Shown one piece after another: positions 1 to 10,195 of a stretch of DNA of 64,000 nt; within the stretch, counting starts at the first letter, position 1; every line of letters begins with the position of its first letter. The notes below the pieces were generated by a model. It was not told the DNA's origin. It searched no databases and saw only the letters and a list, made by a program, of their open reading frames with translations. Origin of the DNA: Clostridia bacterium (GTDB taxonomy: Bacteria; Bacillota; Clostridia; TANB77; CAG-465); the NCBI GenBank assembly GCA_017549425.1, contig JAFYUV010000016.1, positions 440-64,439 on the forward strand. The letters run 5' to 3'. Both the position numbers and the translations under genes were made by a program.

Positions 1-1
1 C

Positions 2-169
2 ATATAACTCTGTACGAGACATTCCTTCTTTTATTGGCCGAAATTCAAGTTGATACCCCTCTTCATAAAGCATAAATGTCATGAGCCGTGCACCTTGTCT
101 CTCCAATGCGTTACTAAGTTTCTCCCTCTCTCTTAACAATCCTTCTTGCTGTAAACCTGATTTTTCCAT
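2..169 (-). CDS. Hypothetical protein, N-terminal part (runs off the window start)
   Basis: ATG at 169 preceded by GAGG; open frame MEKSGLQQEGLLRERE... to the window edge; not in the ORF track. Confidence 0.5.
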   Translation of the reverse strand, partial: MEKSGLQQEGLLREREKLSNALERQGARLMTFMLYEEGYQLEFRPIKEGMSRTELY

Positions 170-273
170 GGTAAATCCTCCATTTTTATATTTTCCAAAT
201 AATTATTTGGATTTTTAATAATAAACTGTTTAATTATTATATCATGATTTACCAGTATTTTCAATACTTAGAA

Positions 274-1041
274 CTATAAAGTTAATATCTCTACTCCATC
301 TTTTGTTATTGCAACAGTGTTCTCGTAATAAGCTGTCAAACTTCTATCCTTAGTTTTTATTACCCATTTATCCGGTCCAACTATAACTTCAGGGCTTCCA
401 GCTACAATCATAGGTTCTATTGCTAACGTCATTCCTTCTTGTATACGAACACCTTTTCCAGGATTTCCGATATTAGGTACTCCTGGGTCTTCATGTAATT
501 CTTTACCAATGCCATGGCCTTGAAAATCCTCTAGTAAGCTAAAGCCATTTTGCTCTACAGTTTGTTGAATTGCATAAGAAATATCTCCAATTCTATTTCC
601 CACGACAGCCTTATCTACTCCTGCAAAAAAAGCTTGCTCAGCTACTCTAACTAATTTTTTTGCAAGTTCAGAGCCTTCTCCTACAATATAAGTTCTTCCT
701 GCGTCAGCATGATATCCACCTTTATAAACACCAACATCAACACTAACAACATCACCTTTTTTTAATATTTTAACAGGAGATGGAATCCCGTGTATTATTT
801 CCTCATTTACAGAAATACATGTAGCATTCTTAAAACGTTTACCGCCTTGATACATACATTCTACACCTCTAAATGAAGGTATAGCCCCATTTTGAACCAT
901 TACATTTTCAGCAATTTTATCTAATTCTTCTGTGCTAATTCCTTCTCGTATATTCTCTTTTATTGCACTTAACACTTTTTTCATAATTTCAGCAGGAATT
1001 TTCATTTTTTCTATTTCTGCTTTAGATTTTAAATATATCAT
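274..1041 (-). CDS. map: Methionine aminopeptidase type I
   Basis: Motifs CISVNEEIIHGIP, VSVDVG, HADAGRTY, GHGIG, LAIEPM; follows adk. Confidence 0.97.
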   Translation of the reverse strand: MIYLKSKAEIEKMKIPAEIMKKVLSAIKENIREGISTEELDKIAENVMVQNGAIPSFRGVECMYQGGKRFKNATCISVNEEIIHGIPSPVKILKKGDVVSVDVGVYKGGYHADAGRTYIVGEGSELAKKLVRVAEQAFFAGVDKAVVGNRIGDISYAIQQTVEQNGFSLLEDFQGHGIGKELHEDPGVPNIGNPGKGVRIQEGMTLAIEPMIVAGSPEVIVGPDKWVIKTKDRSLTAYYENTVAITKDGVEILTL

Positions 1042-1055
1042 TTTTATTCCTTCTT

Positions 1056-1712
1056 TTATTTCAAATCTTTTACTAAGTCTATTACTACAGCTTTTGATGG
1101 TCTGCCTATTTTATCTCCAGCTTTTTCTATTCTTAATTTATCTTGCGCTCTGTAATAATCTAAGATTACCTTTTCGTTATTGTAATATATATCTAGTCTT
1201 TGCTTAACTGCATCTTCTTTATCATCATCTCTTTGAACAACTTCTCCACCACATTTATCGCAAACGCCTTCTGCCTTTGGAGGATTATATTCTGTATTAT
1301 ATCCCTCTTTACAACCTTTACAAACACGTCTTGTTGTAATTCTTTGTATAAGCTCTTCATAATCAACATCCAAATTTATAGCTAAATCCACTTTTCTATT
1401 TAAAGACTCTAACATTTCATCTAATTTTTTGCATTGTTCTTCTGTTCTTGGATATCCATCTATTAAAACTCCATTATCTAAAACATCTGCTTTAGATAAT
1501 CTATCTAATAATATTCTATTAGTTAATTCATCCGGAACTAAATTTCCAGCTAAAATATATTTATTAGCCTCTTGTCCTAGTTCAGTATTATTTTTTATAT
1601 TTTCTCTAAAAATATCTCCAGTAGATACGTGCACTAGTCCCAATTCTTCAGCTAACTTTACTCCCACCGTTCCTTTTCCGCTTCCTTGAGCTCCTAACAT
1701 AACTATTACCAT
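1056..1712 (-). CDS. adk: Adenylate kinase
   Basis: GAQGSGKGT P-loop, STGDIFR, DGYPRT, zinc lid CKGC..CDKC; start refined to ATG 1712 behind GAGG. Confidence 0.97.
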   Translation of the reverse strand: MVIVMLGAQGSGKGTVGVKLAEELGLVHVSTGDIFRENIKNNTELGQEANKYILAGNLVPDELTNRILLDRLSKADVLDNGVLIDGYPRTEEQCKKLDEMLESLNRKVDLAINLDVDYEELIQRITTRRVCKGCKEGYNTEYNPPKAEGVCDKCGGEVVQRDDDKEDAVKQRLDIYYNNEKVILDYYRAQDKLRIEKAGDKIGRPSKAVVIDLVKDLK

Positions 1713-1786
1713 ATAAAAATCCTCCTTTAATAGTATTCTAAGTATACAATATTTAAGAGCTTGTTTCAAGATACTTAGTATCTATA

Positions 1787-1813
1787 ACAAAAAAATATAT
1801 ATAGCATAATATA
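1787..1813 (+). promoter_or_regulatory. Putative sigma-K-type (mother cell) promoter
   Basis: AC-N16-CATA-ata-TA upstream of the ferritin-like gene; matches the sigK consensus by eye. Confidence 0.45.
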
Positions 1814-1830
1814 TATGAGGAGGTTTTATT

Positions 1831-2406
1831 ATGGATTATTTTACATACTTAAGAAGTGGGGATTATGGATACTCAGATGTTAACAATATGAATTTTGGAG
1901 GTCAAAACTTTGGTTATAGCTTAGCTTCCAATCAAATGCCTAATATGCCCTGGCCTTTAGATTTTCAATCTAAAAGCACTCAATATAACCTAAATAAATT
2001 AATAACTGGTATAAAAAGCTCTATTAATAACGAACAAGATGATGAATTAGAATATATGCGACTTGCTGAGCTTGCTCCTAATAACGAGCAAAAAGAAATT
2101 ATTAATTCAATAAAAGATAACGAGATTATTCATAGCAAAATTTTAAGAAAGATATTCACAGAATTAACAGGTGTTGTTATTCCTGAAAATCCAACGCAAA
2201 AAAACGCTACAATGTCAAAAGACAATTCTAATTATACAGAGCTTTTAACAAAAGCAATGCTAGGTGAATTAAGGGCCGTTGAACGTTATAGAGAATTCTT
2301 AGCTTATGCCCCAAATATGGAAATATATAATATGATTATGTATATATTAACAGACGAAATACGTCACGCAATTAAATACCAATATCTGTTAATGTTAAAT
2401 AAATAA
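1831..2406 (+). CDS. Ferritin-like/rubrerythrin-fold protein, probably sporulation-associated
   Basis: Two E...ExxH half-sites (NEQDDELEY..DNEIIH; GELRAVERY..DEIRH); low-complexity Y/N/Q N-terminus; sigK-like promoter. Confidence 0.75.
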   Translation: MDYFTYLRSGDYGYSDVNNMNFGGQNFGYSLASNQMPNMPWPLDFQSKSTQYNLNKLITGIKSSINNEQDDELEYMRLAELAPNNEQKEIINSIKDNEIIHSKILRKIFTELTGVVIPENPTQKNATMSKDNSNYTELLTKAMLGELRAVERYREFLAYAPNMEIYNMIMYILTDEIRHAIKYQYLLMLNK

Positions 2407-2654
2407 AAAGCTCCCACTTAAATCCTTATTTTGATTTAAGTGGGTATTTATAACATGTCAAATAAAAGTATACCTGGTTATATTCATTTGTTTTAATTTC
2501 AAATGTAATAAAGTTTTGAAATTATGTGCCTTTTACTAATAATTTGATTTTTTCTTTAATCTATGTTATAATATAATCGTGACAAAAATTATTTGTTCCT
2601 TAATTATAGGAACTGTTTATATATATAAATTTTAATAAGAAAAAGGAGAAATTT

Positions 2655-2930
2655 ATGTTGTCTATTGATTGGTTTATTAAACACTCAGTAAAACCCAAAT
2701 TTGTCTGTGATGAGGAACTTCCTTACTTAGATAAGGTGTTTGATTCTAGAGGCAAGAGATCCATCTCATTCATATATCGTAGAGAAATCTACGTTATACC
2801 CTACAGGAAAGCTATTATTGATTTCCTGATTAAAGAAGGATTTCAGCACTGTTCAATCGAAAGATTTTATATTACAGACACTCAATCAGAAAGACTCAGA
2901 AAGCTCCGCAAGGAGTATGCTAACATTTAA
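2655..2930 (+). CDS. Hypothetical protein (91 aa)
   Basis: AGGAG RBS, upstream TTGATT-17-TATAAT, downstream terminator. Confidence 0.7.
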   Translation: MLSIDWFIKHSVKPKFVCDEELPYLDKVFDSRGKRSISFIYRREIYVIPYRKAIIDFLIKEGFQHCSIERFYITDTQSERLRKLRKEYANI

Positions 2931-2931
2931 G

Positions 2932-2964
2932 AAACACCCCTGGCAAAATTTGCCAGGGGTGTTT
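2932..2964. terminator. Bidirectional intrinsic terminator
   Basis: AAACACCCCTGGCAAA / TTTGCCAGGGGTGTTT inverted repeat between convergent genes. Confidence 0.85.
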
Positions 2965-3608
2965 TACCTTCCATATTTAGAACACAATTCATTGTATTCA
3001 ACAATTATATCTTGTAAAATGTTGTTCTTTTTCATTTTAGACAAACAATAACTCATGTTAAGACTTAATCTGTTTTCCTGTTCATTTTCGCTATGCCGTC
3101 TAGGAGTTTTCTGTTTTTCCAAAGTCCACGCCTTCCAAGCTTCAAATGTTCTAATATAAAGAAGTTTAGAAGGATTATATTTTTCCTTCAATTCCTCATA
3201 CTTTTTAAGCAAAGTTGCATATTTTTCGGCTTCCTCCTTCATTTCTCGAATTGTTACATTTATTCTTGGAGCTAAATGCCTTTCAACATAATCCTGACTA
3301 CGCTGACTAGGAAGTCTGCCATTTGCTAACACCCAATTTTCCCACTCCTTGAATGCGCGTTCTTTTGTCCTCTTTTTTGAAAAAATTCTTAATATTATCG
3401 CATGCTTATTAAGTATTTCTTTATACTTTTGAGGTTCCTTTTTAATTTTAGACATAGCTACGTTAGCCGTCATAGCTATATACCGTTCTTCTTCGTCTTT
3501 ACTGCGAAAACTAGGTAGGTGACCATTTTTCAGAACCCACAATTCCCAATCTTTGAAAATTTGCTCTCTTGTTCTCTTTTTTCTTTTAGTCTTTTTCTTT
3601 TCAAGCAT
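2964..3608 (-). CDS. HA (helicase-associated)-like repeat protein A, 3 repeats
   Basis: Three units of F..W..W...xG.LP...S.D..E..LA; basic N-tail; start refined to ATG 3608 behind GGAGG. Confidence 0.7.
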   Translation of the reverse strand: MLEKKKTKRKKRTREQIFKDWELWVLKNGHLPSFRSKDEEERYIAMTANVAMSKIKKEPQKYKEILNKHAIILRIFSKKRTKERAFKEWENWVLANGRLPSQRSQDYVERHLAPRINVTIREMKEEAEKYATLLKKYEELKEKYNPSKLLYIRTFEAWKAWTLEKQKTPRRHSENEQENRLSLNMSYCLSKMKKNNILQDIIVEYNELCSKYGR

Positions 3609-3630
3609 TTCAACACACCTCCATATGCAA

Positions 3631-4275
3631 TTATTTACCATATAAAGAAAAAAGCTTATCGAATTCTTCAACAATATAAGTCAATTCTTTAGTTCTTCTA
3701 AGCACTTGAATAGCATGACACATTCTTGCCGACAAATTACTTTCATACCTATCTTTGCTGTGTTGCCTTGGTGTCTTTTTATGTTTTAAAGTCCATTCAA
3801 CCCATTCTTTGTATGCTTTTATAAAAGCAAGTCTACTCCTGTTATACTTGAGTTTGATAGTCTCATACTCGGCAAGCATCTCTTTATATTTTCCGGGATT
3901 ATTCTTTTTACTTACACAAAAAGAATTTATGTTACTTGCTAAATATTTTTCATACTTATCTTCAGAATGTTGTGTAGGTCTTCTGTCATGTATTTCTACC
4001 CACTTTTTGTACTCTTCAAAAATTTCAAGTATAGATTTCCGTTTCCTGTATTTGGCGGAAAGTTCCTTATGTTCTCTTAAAATACTAGCATATTTTTCAG
4101 GTTCTTTTCTCATTGCAAACAAAGCAGAAACCATATTATATGCTATAAGCCTTTCTTCTAAATCTTCAGAATAATTATGCGGCAAATGTTCATTTTGAAT
4201 AACAAACTTTTTCCACTTATTAAAAATTTCTTCTTTGCTCTGCTTAGGCCTTCTGGTTTTTTTTACTTTTTCCAT
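3631..4275 (-). CDS. HA-like repeat protein B, 3 repeats
   Basis: Same ~65-70 aa unit three times (e.g. FEEYKKWVEIHDRRPTQHSEDKYEKYLAS). Confidence 0.7.
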   Translation of the reverse strand: MEKVKKTRRPKQSKEEIFNKWKKFVIQNEHLPHNYSEDLEERLIAYNMVSALFAMRKEPEKYASILREHKELSAKYRKRKSILEIFEEYKKWVEIHDRRPTQHSEDKYEKYLASNINSFCVSKKNNPGKYKEMLAEYETIKLKYNRSRLAFIKAYKEWVEWTLKHKKTPRQHSKDRYESNLSARMCHAIQVLRRTKELTYIVEEFDKLFSLYGK

Positions 4276-4296
4276 TATACCTACCCCTTAACTTTT

Positions 4297-4923
4297 TTAT
4301 TTGTATTTACTTACTATTTTGTCATACTCAGTTAAGAATTCGCTATAAAAATTAGGCTTTTTCCTAGCAGAATAATATGCATTTCTGATTCTCATAGCTA
4401 TTTCTTTTTCTTCCACATCTGAACTTTTATAATTAGGTAGTCTTCCTTGTTCTTCACACCAGTTTTTCAATACTTCCAAGCTTTTCAACTTACGTCTTGC
4501 CTTATCCTTTAACCTATAATATGTACGAATAATATAATATTCTTCTATTATTTGTTCGTTTTCGCCTTTTTCATACATATTATCTATATATTTAGTAATT
4601 GCAAAGGCTATTCTAACCTCTTCCTTGTCATCGCTTGTTGTACGAGGTAACCTATTGTGAGTTTCACACCATTCTTTCCATATTTCAAATGGAGAACGTC
4701 TTTTTTTGCGAGGAATATATCCGATTCTATACTCTTTGCAAATAGCTTCGTACTCTTCCAAAATATAGTTATTAGGATCTTCTTTTTTTAGCTTCCTTAT
4801 AATGCAGCCGACTTTGGCTGAAAGATTATCTTCTTTCTTGTCCAAAGAATGCCGTCTTGGAGTAAATCCGTGAATATAAGTCCACTCTTTCCATTCGTTA
4901 AAATTTTCCTGAATTGTTGCCAT
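4297..4923 (-). CDS. HA-like repeat protein C, 3 repeats
   Basis: Same unit three times (e.g. LKNWCEEQGRLPNYKSSDVEEKEIA). Confidence 0.7.
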   Translation of the reverse strand: MATIQENFNEWKEWTYIHGFTPRRHSLDKKEDNLSAKVGCIIRKLKKEDPNNYILEEYEAICKEYRIGYIPRKKRRSPFEIWKEWCETHNRLPRTTSDDKEEVRIAFAITKYIDNMYEKGENEQIIEEYYIIRTYYRLKDKARRKLKSLEVLKNWCEEQGRLPNYKSSDVEEKEIAMRIRNAYYSARKKPNFYSEFLTEYDKIVSKYK

Positions 4924-5005
4924 AACTAATCTCCTTCTTTTTATTTTAATAAATTTTAAAACTTACAACAAATTATTGTTTTTATTTACTTTCATAACAA
5001 TTATT

Positions 5006-5034
5006 ATTATATCATTTTTATGTAAATTAGTCAA
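5006..5034 (-). promoter_or_regulatory. Sigma-A promoter of the HA-repeat operon
   Basis: TTGACT-17-TATAAT with extended -10 TG on the minus strand. Confidence 0.7.
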
Positions 5035-5085
5035 ACTTGAATATAGTTAAAATCCACTATATTATTACTAATATAGTGGATTATT

Positions 5086-5658
5086 TTAAACTTCTTCTAC
5101 TATTGTTCTTTTTTCTAAATCATAAACCGCATATTTAACTGCTAATACTTGTATTATTAAGTTAGCCGCATATGTTAATATAGTTGTTACATACATTTTA
5201 GGCTTTTGAGCTTCTATTTCTTCTTTTATAGTTTCAAGTGAGCCTTGTTTTTCTGCAAGCACACCAAAAATTTTATAATACTCTTCTGCTTCTTTTACAG
5301 AGCTTTCTACACTAATAGGAATAAGTAATACAGCTAAAGTCATAACTATAATTTCTAAAATTACCATTATTATTATTACTTTTGTAGCTACTTTTTGTAA
5401 AATATCTTTGTTGATTTTATACTTGCTTAACAAACCGTTATTTGTAAGCTTTACAGCTATAAACAATGCTGTTGCAGATAAAGCTATATTTAATATGCTT
5501 TCTATTATTTCAGTCAAACCAGTTCCTAAAACTAAAGAAAGTATCCCTACTACCAATCCTCCTACAAAGCCAAGTACAAGACCTAACCACAAACTATGTA
5601 AAAATATCCCCCAAAATAGTTTTGAAGTAAGTTTTTTCAAAGTTAACTCCTCTTTCAT
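5086..5658 (-). CDS. Hypothetical multi-pass membrane protein
   Basis: About four hydrophobic segments; own hairpin terminator at ~5050-5085. Confidence 0.75.
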   Translation of the reverse strand: MKEELTLKKLTSKLFWGIFLHSLWLGLVLGFVGGLVVGILSLVLGTGLTEIIESILNIALSATALFIAVKLTNNGLLSKYKINKDILQKVATKVIIIMVILEIIVMTLAVLLIPISVESSVKEAEEYYKIFGVLAEKQGSLETIKEEIEAQKPKMYVTTILTYAANLIIQVLAVKYAVYDLEKRTIVEEV

Positions 5659-5770
5659 ATATTACCCTCCTCATATATTTTATATACTAAATATTATACT
5701 CTGTCAAGCATAAAAAAAGCGCCTAAATTATTTAGGCAACCTTTTTATATATACTTACTCATACTTAATA

Positions 5771-7081
5771 TTAATCTAAGAACCCATCATAATGACGACT
5801 TACCATTTGTGATTCTATAGTTTTCAACATTTCAAGAGCAACACTTACAACGATAAGAATTGATGTTCCACCAAAACTTATTGTAAGTCCAGGCATTACT
5901 CCTTGCAAAGCTACTGGAAGTACAGCAACAAATGCTAAGAAAAATCCTCCTGCCCATGTAATGTTTTTTAACACTTTATTAATATATTCTGCAGTATTTT
6001 TTCCTGCTCTTATACCAGGAATAAATCCACCGTTTTGTTTTAATTGATTAGACATTTCTACTGGATTTACAGTAAACATTGTATAAACAAATGTAAACAT
6101 TACTATTAATATCATGTAAATTACTGCATATGCTACTAAATACCAAATTGATTCTGTTGATGCAGAACAAACTTTAAGGACTACTCCCCAAAATCCTGTT
6201 GCAGCACCTTTAGTAACTAATTGTATTATTGTGGCAGGTATCATTAAAAATGACATAGCAAATATTACAGGCATTACACCCGCCATAGCTACTTTTAATG
6301 GTATGTGTGTATTTTGTCCACCATACATTTTTCTACCAACAACTTTTTTAGCATAGTTTACTGGTATTCTTCTTTCAGCTTGTTGTACATATACAACTCC
6401 TGCTAAAAGAACTATGAAAGCTATTACTAGGGCTATAACCGCTATTATATTTGTTATTCCGCCAGCCGCATATTCAGATAAAGCAACTAATGCTCCTGGA
6501 GCACTTGATACGATACCAACGAAGATTATCATTGAAACACCGTTACCAATTCCATATTCAGTTATCTTATCTGCTAACCACATAAGCAATGCAGTACCTG
6601 CAGTTAAGCTTAATACAAATAGTATAAATCCAACTACTTGACCTACACCATAAGTCATAGGTGCTAGTAAAAATGCTTTATAATTGAAGTATAATCCAAT
6701 TGCTTCTACCACTGCAAAAGCAAGTGTTAAAAGTTTAGTATATTTTGCTAATTTCTTTCTACCAACTTCTCCCTCATTCTTTAATTTCTCAAGACTTGGA
6801 ATTACTGTTTGTAAAAGATTTAGCACAATTGATGCTGTGATATATGGAGATATTGTCATTGCAAATATCGAAAATCTGTTAAACGCTCCTCCGGAAATTA
6901 TATTAATTGTTCCTAATATTCCGTTAGTTGATGAATCAACTGCATTTAAGAAATCTAATTTATTCATTCCAGGAACAGTTACGAATGTTCCAATTCTAAA
7001 TAATATTAAGATTAAAATTGTGTATAACACTTTTTTTCTAATATCTTTAACAACAAATATTTTCTTCACAGATTCAAGCAT
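5771..7081 (-). CDS. secY: Preprotein translocase SecY
   Basis: FSIFAMTISPYITASIV, GIGNGVSMIIF, GGFIPGIRAG, FGGTSILIVV. Confidence 0.98.
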   Translation of the reverse strand: MLESVKKIFVVKDIRKKVLYTILILILFRIGTFVTVPGMNKLDFLNAVDSSTNGILGTINIISGGAFNRFSIFAMTISPYITASIVLNLLQTVIPSLEKLKNEGEVGRKKLAKYTKLLTLAFAVVEAIGLYFNYKAFLLAPMTYGVGQVVGFILFVLSLTAGTALLMWLADKITEYGIGNGVSMIIFVGIVSSAPGALVALSEYAAGGITNIIAVIALVIAFIVLLAGVVYVQQAERRIPVNYAKKVVGRKMYGGQNTHIPLKVAMAGVMPVIFAMSFLMIPATIIQLVTKGAATGFWGVVLKVCSASTESIWYLVAYAVIYMILIVMFTFVYTMFTVNPVEMSNQLKQNGGFIPGIRAGKNTAEYINKVLKNITWAGGFFLAFVAVLPVALQGVMPGLTISFGGTSILIVVSVALEMLKTIESQMVSRHYDGFLD

Positions 7082-7082
7082 A

Positions 7083-7526
7083 CTACTTCACCTCTATCTT
7101 TCCACCGCAAGCTTCTATTTTTTCACGAGCTGAATTAGATACTTTTTTAGCTTCTACAGTAACTTTTTTAGTTAAATTTCCGTTTCCTAAAACTTTTAAT
7201 CCAGCTTTCTCGTTTCTAATTATTCCTTCATTCATAAGTAGTTCTATATTAACAACTGTATCATTTTCAAATTTTTCTAAATCTGAAACGTTAATAATAG
7301 CATATTCTGTTGCAAATACTTTATTATTAAATCCGCGTTTAGGAATTCTTCTGTATAATGGAGTTTGTCCTCCTTCGAATCCTCTTCTTATTTTTCCGCC
7401 TGTTCTTGCTTTTTGACCTTTATGACCTTTACCAGCAGTCTTTCCTAGTCCACTTCCAATTCCGCGTCCTATTCTTCTTCTAGTAGTCTTAGAGCCATAA
7501 GCTGGCTTTAATTCTTGCATTTCCAT
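7083..7526 (-). CDS. rplO: 50S ribosomal protein L15
   Basis: [41 protein letters not shown]. Confidence 0.98.
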   Translation of the reverse strand: MEMQELKPAYGSKTTRRRIGRGIGSGLGKTAGKGHKGQKARTGGKIRRGFEGGQTPLYRRIPKRGFNNKVFATEYAIINVSDLEKFENDTVVNIELLMNEGIIRNEKAGLKVLGNGNLTKKVTVEAKKVSNSAREKIEACGGKIEVK

Positions 7527-7549
7527 GATTCTGATTACCTCCTTCTCTA

Positions 7550-8083
7550 TTATTTCATTAATTGTTTTACGTCGATTCCTCTTTCAAGTGCTACTTTTTC
7601 TGGAGTTCTCATTTCTTTTAAAGCTTCTATTGTAGCAAGTACAACATTTCTACTATTACGAGAACCTAATGTCTTAGCTGTTACGTTCTTTACACCTGCA
7701 AGCTCTAATACTGGTCTTACTGCTCCACCGGCAATAATACCTGTACCAGCTGGTGCTGGCTTAATTATAACGCGAGAAGAATTAAGTTTTTTATCATATT
7801 CATGTGGTAATGTACCATTTACAATAGGTACTGTTATTAAATTCTTTTTAGCTGCATCTGTAGCTTTTTTGATAGCTTCAGGTACTTCTGATGCTTTACC
7901 TGTTCCTACACCAACTCTACCTTTTTCGTCTCCTACTACTACAAGTACGCTAAATCTAAAAGTTCTACCACCTTTAACAACCTTAGCAACACGACCTACA
8001 TATACTACTTTTTCTTTAAACTCTGGAGCTTCTTTTACTTTTTCTCTACGTGGTCTGTTTTCTCTTGACTGTTTTTCTTGCAT
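7550..8083 (-). CDS. rpsE: 30S ribosomal protein S5
   Basis: [27 protein letters not shown]. Confidence 0.98.
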   Translation of the reverse strand: MQEKQSRENRPRREKVKEAPEFKEKVVYVGRVAKVVKGGRTFRFSVLVVVGDEKGRVGVGTGKASEVPEAIKKATDAAKKNLITVPIVNGTLPHEYDKKLNSSRVIIKPAPAGTGIIAGGAVRPVLELAGVKNVTAKTLGSRNSRNVVLATIEALKEMRTPEKVALERGIDVKQLMK

Positions 8084-8101
8084 TAATCTTTCCTCCTACC
8101 T

Positions 8102-8461
8102 TTAAAATTTAAGACCTGCTGCTCTTGCAGCTTCTGCTAATTCTTTTACTTTACCATGATATAGGTTACCATTTCTATCGAATACAACTGTTTCGATATT
8201 TTTCTCTAATGCGCGTTTTGCAACTAGAGCACCTACTTCTTTGGCAGCTTCTATATTTGAAGCTTTTGTTTTTACATCAGCATCTAAAGTTGAGGCAGAA
8301 ACAAGAGTTACAGCTGCTTCGTCATCAATAATTTGTGCATATATATTATTTAAACTTTTATATACTGAAAGTCTAGGACAAGTTGCTGTTCCTTTTATTT
8401 TAGCTCTTACTCTTTTTTGTCTAGCTAGTCTTTTATCAGTTTTTGTTTTTCTACTTAACAT
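8102..8461 (-). CDS. rplR: 50S ribosomal protein L18
   Basis: [28 protein letters not shown]. Confidence 0.98.
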   Translation of the reverse strand: MLSRKTKTDKRLARQKRVRAKIKGTATCPRLSVYKSLNNIYAQIIDDEAAVTLVSASTLDADVKTKASNIEAAKEVGALVAKRALEKNIETVVFDRNGNLYHGKVKELAEAARAAGLKF

Positions 8462-8480
8462 TCTTTATTTCCTCCCCTCA

Positions 8481-9017
8481 TTATTTTTTGCCGCCGGCTT
8501 TTCCTTCTTTTCTTCTTATATGCTCATCAGCATATTTGATTCCTTTACCCTTATAAGGTTCTGGAAGTTTCTTTTCTCTTACGATTGCTGCCATTTGACC
8601 TACTTTTTGTTTATCAATTCCTTTTACAAGTATTGTATTTGCATCTGGAACTTCAAAAGTAATGTCTGCAGTATCTGTAAATTCTACTGGATGAGAATAT
8701 CCTAAAGTTAATGCTAGTTTATTTCCTTGCTTTGCAGCTCTATAACCAACACCGTTTATTTCTAATCTTTTTGTATAACCTTCTGTTACACCTGTTACCA
8801 TGTTAGCTACTAATGATCTTGTTAAACCATGAACTGCTTTAAAATCATCACTTTCTCTTGTAACTAAAATAGTATTGTCTTTAACTTCTACGTTAATTCC
8901 TTTAACAACTTCCATTGATAAAGTACCTTTTGGTCCTTTTACAGTAACGTTTTTGTCTTGTACTGTAATTTCTACACCTGCTGATAAGGCGATTGCTTTA
9001 TTTCCTATTCTTGACAT
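8481..9017 (-). CDS. rplF: 50S ribosomal protein L6
   Basis: [24 protein letters not shown]. Confidence 0.98.
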   Translation of the reverse strand: MSRIGNKAIALSAGVEITVQDKNVTVKGPKGTLSMEVVKGINVEVKDNTILVTRESDDFKAVHGLTRSLVANMVTGVTEGYTKRLEINGVGYRAAKQGNKLALTLGYSHPVEFTDTADITFEVPDANTILVKGIDKQKVGQMAAIVREKKLPEPYKGKGIKYADEHIRRKEGKAGGKK

Positions 9018-9032
9018 ATAACTATTTCCTCC

Positions 9033-9428
9033 TTACCATATGTATGCCATTACTTCTCCACCAACGTTTTGGTTTCTTGCAACTTTATCTGTTACAATTC
9101 CTTTTGATGTTGAAATAATTGCTGTTCCAAGTCCATTTAATACTCTTGGTAGATTTTCTACTTCTGCGTATATTCTTAAACCTGGTTTACTAATTCTTTT
9201 TAATCCATGAATTACACATTTATTTTCAAAATATTTTAATGTGATTCTTATAGATTTATGAGATTTGTCTTCTACAACTTCAATAGCTGAAACATATCCT
9301 TCATGAAGTAATATATTTGCTATTTCCATTTTTACTTTAGAATAAGGTACATCAACTAACTCATGGTGCTGCTTTGATGCATTTCTTATTCTAGTTAGCA
9401 TATCTGCTACTGGATCTGTTAAGTTCAT
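9033..9428 (-). CDS. rpsH: 30S ribosomal protein S8
   Basis: [24 protein letters not shown]; start refined to MNLTDP. Confidence 0.98.
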   Translation of the reverse strand: MNLTDPVADMLTRIRNASKQHHELVDVPYSKVKMEIANILLHEGYVSAIEVVEDKSHKSIRITLKYFENKCVIHGLKRISKPGLRIYAEVENLPRVLNGLGTAIISTSKGIVTDKVARNQNVGGEVMAYIW

Positions 9429-9442
9429 TTTTTGTACCCTCC

Positions 9443-9628
9443 TTACCAACTTGCCTTTTTAACACCAGGTATTTCTCCTTTGTATGCTAAATTTCTAAAG
9501 CATATACGGCAAATACCGAATTTTCTCATATATGAATGTGGTCTTCCACAAATTTCACATCTATTGTAATAACGAGTGCTAAATTTAGGCGTTCTTTGTT
9601 GTTTCGCAATCATTGATTTTTTTGCCAT
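9443..9628 (-). CDS. rpsN: 30S ribosomal protein S14, zinc-binding type
   Basis: 61 aa with CEIC..CRIC. Confidence 0.97.
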   Translation of the reverse strand: MAKKSMIAKQQRTPKFSTRYYNRCEICGRPHSYMRKFGICRICFRNLAYKGEIPGVKKASW

Positions 9629-9641
9629 CTTTTACTTCCTC

Positions 9642-10181
9642 CTAATTCTTTGCAAAAGGTAGTCCTAGAAGCTCTAATAATGCTTTAGCTTCTTCATTAG
9701 ATTTTGCTGTTGTTACGAATATAACATCCATACCACGAGCTTTATCTACCTTATCAAATTCAATTTCTGGGAAAATCATTTGCTCTTTTATACCAAATGC
9801 ATAGTTTCCACGACCATCAAAAGATTTTGTTGAAAGACCTTTGAAGTCTCTAACTCTTGGAAGCGCTACATTAAATAATCTTGTTGCGAAATCATACATT
9901 CTATCTCTTCTTAAAGTAACTTTACATCCAATGTTCATTCCTTCTCTTAATTTAAAAGCAGCTATTGATTTTTTTGCTTTTGTAATAAGAGGTTTTTGAC
10001 CTGTAATTGTTTCAAGATCTTTTGCAGCAATATCTAGTGCTTTTGAGTTATCTTTAACATCTGATACACCCATATTTATTACTATTTTTGTAAGACGAGG
10101 TACTTGCATAACTGAAGTATATCCAAATTTTTCTTTAAGTGCTGGCACAATCTCTTTTTCGTATCTTTCTTTAAGATTCAT
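9642..10181 (-). CDS. rplE: 50S ribosomal protein L5
   Basis: [22 protein letters not shown]. Confidence 0.98.
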   Translation of the reverse strand: MNLKERYEKEIVPALKEKFGYTSVMQVPRLTKIVINMGVSDVKDNSKALDIAAKDLETITGQKPLITKAKKSIAAFKLREGMNIGCKVTLRRDRMYDFATRLFNVALPRVRDFKGLSTKSFDGRGNYAFGIKEQMIFPEIEFDKVDKARGMDVIFVTTAKSNEEAKALLELLGLPFAKN

Positions 10182-10195
10182 TTTTTATACCCTCC

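Noticed and set aside
2964-4923. Split or frameshifted single helicase gene
   Set aside because: Each of the three ORFs has its own RBS and start, they are separated by ~20-nt spacers, and no helicase motifs are present.
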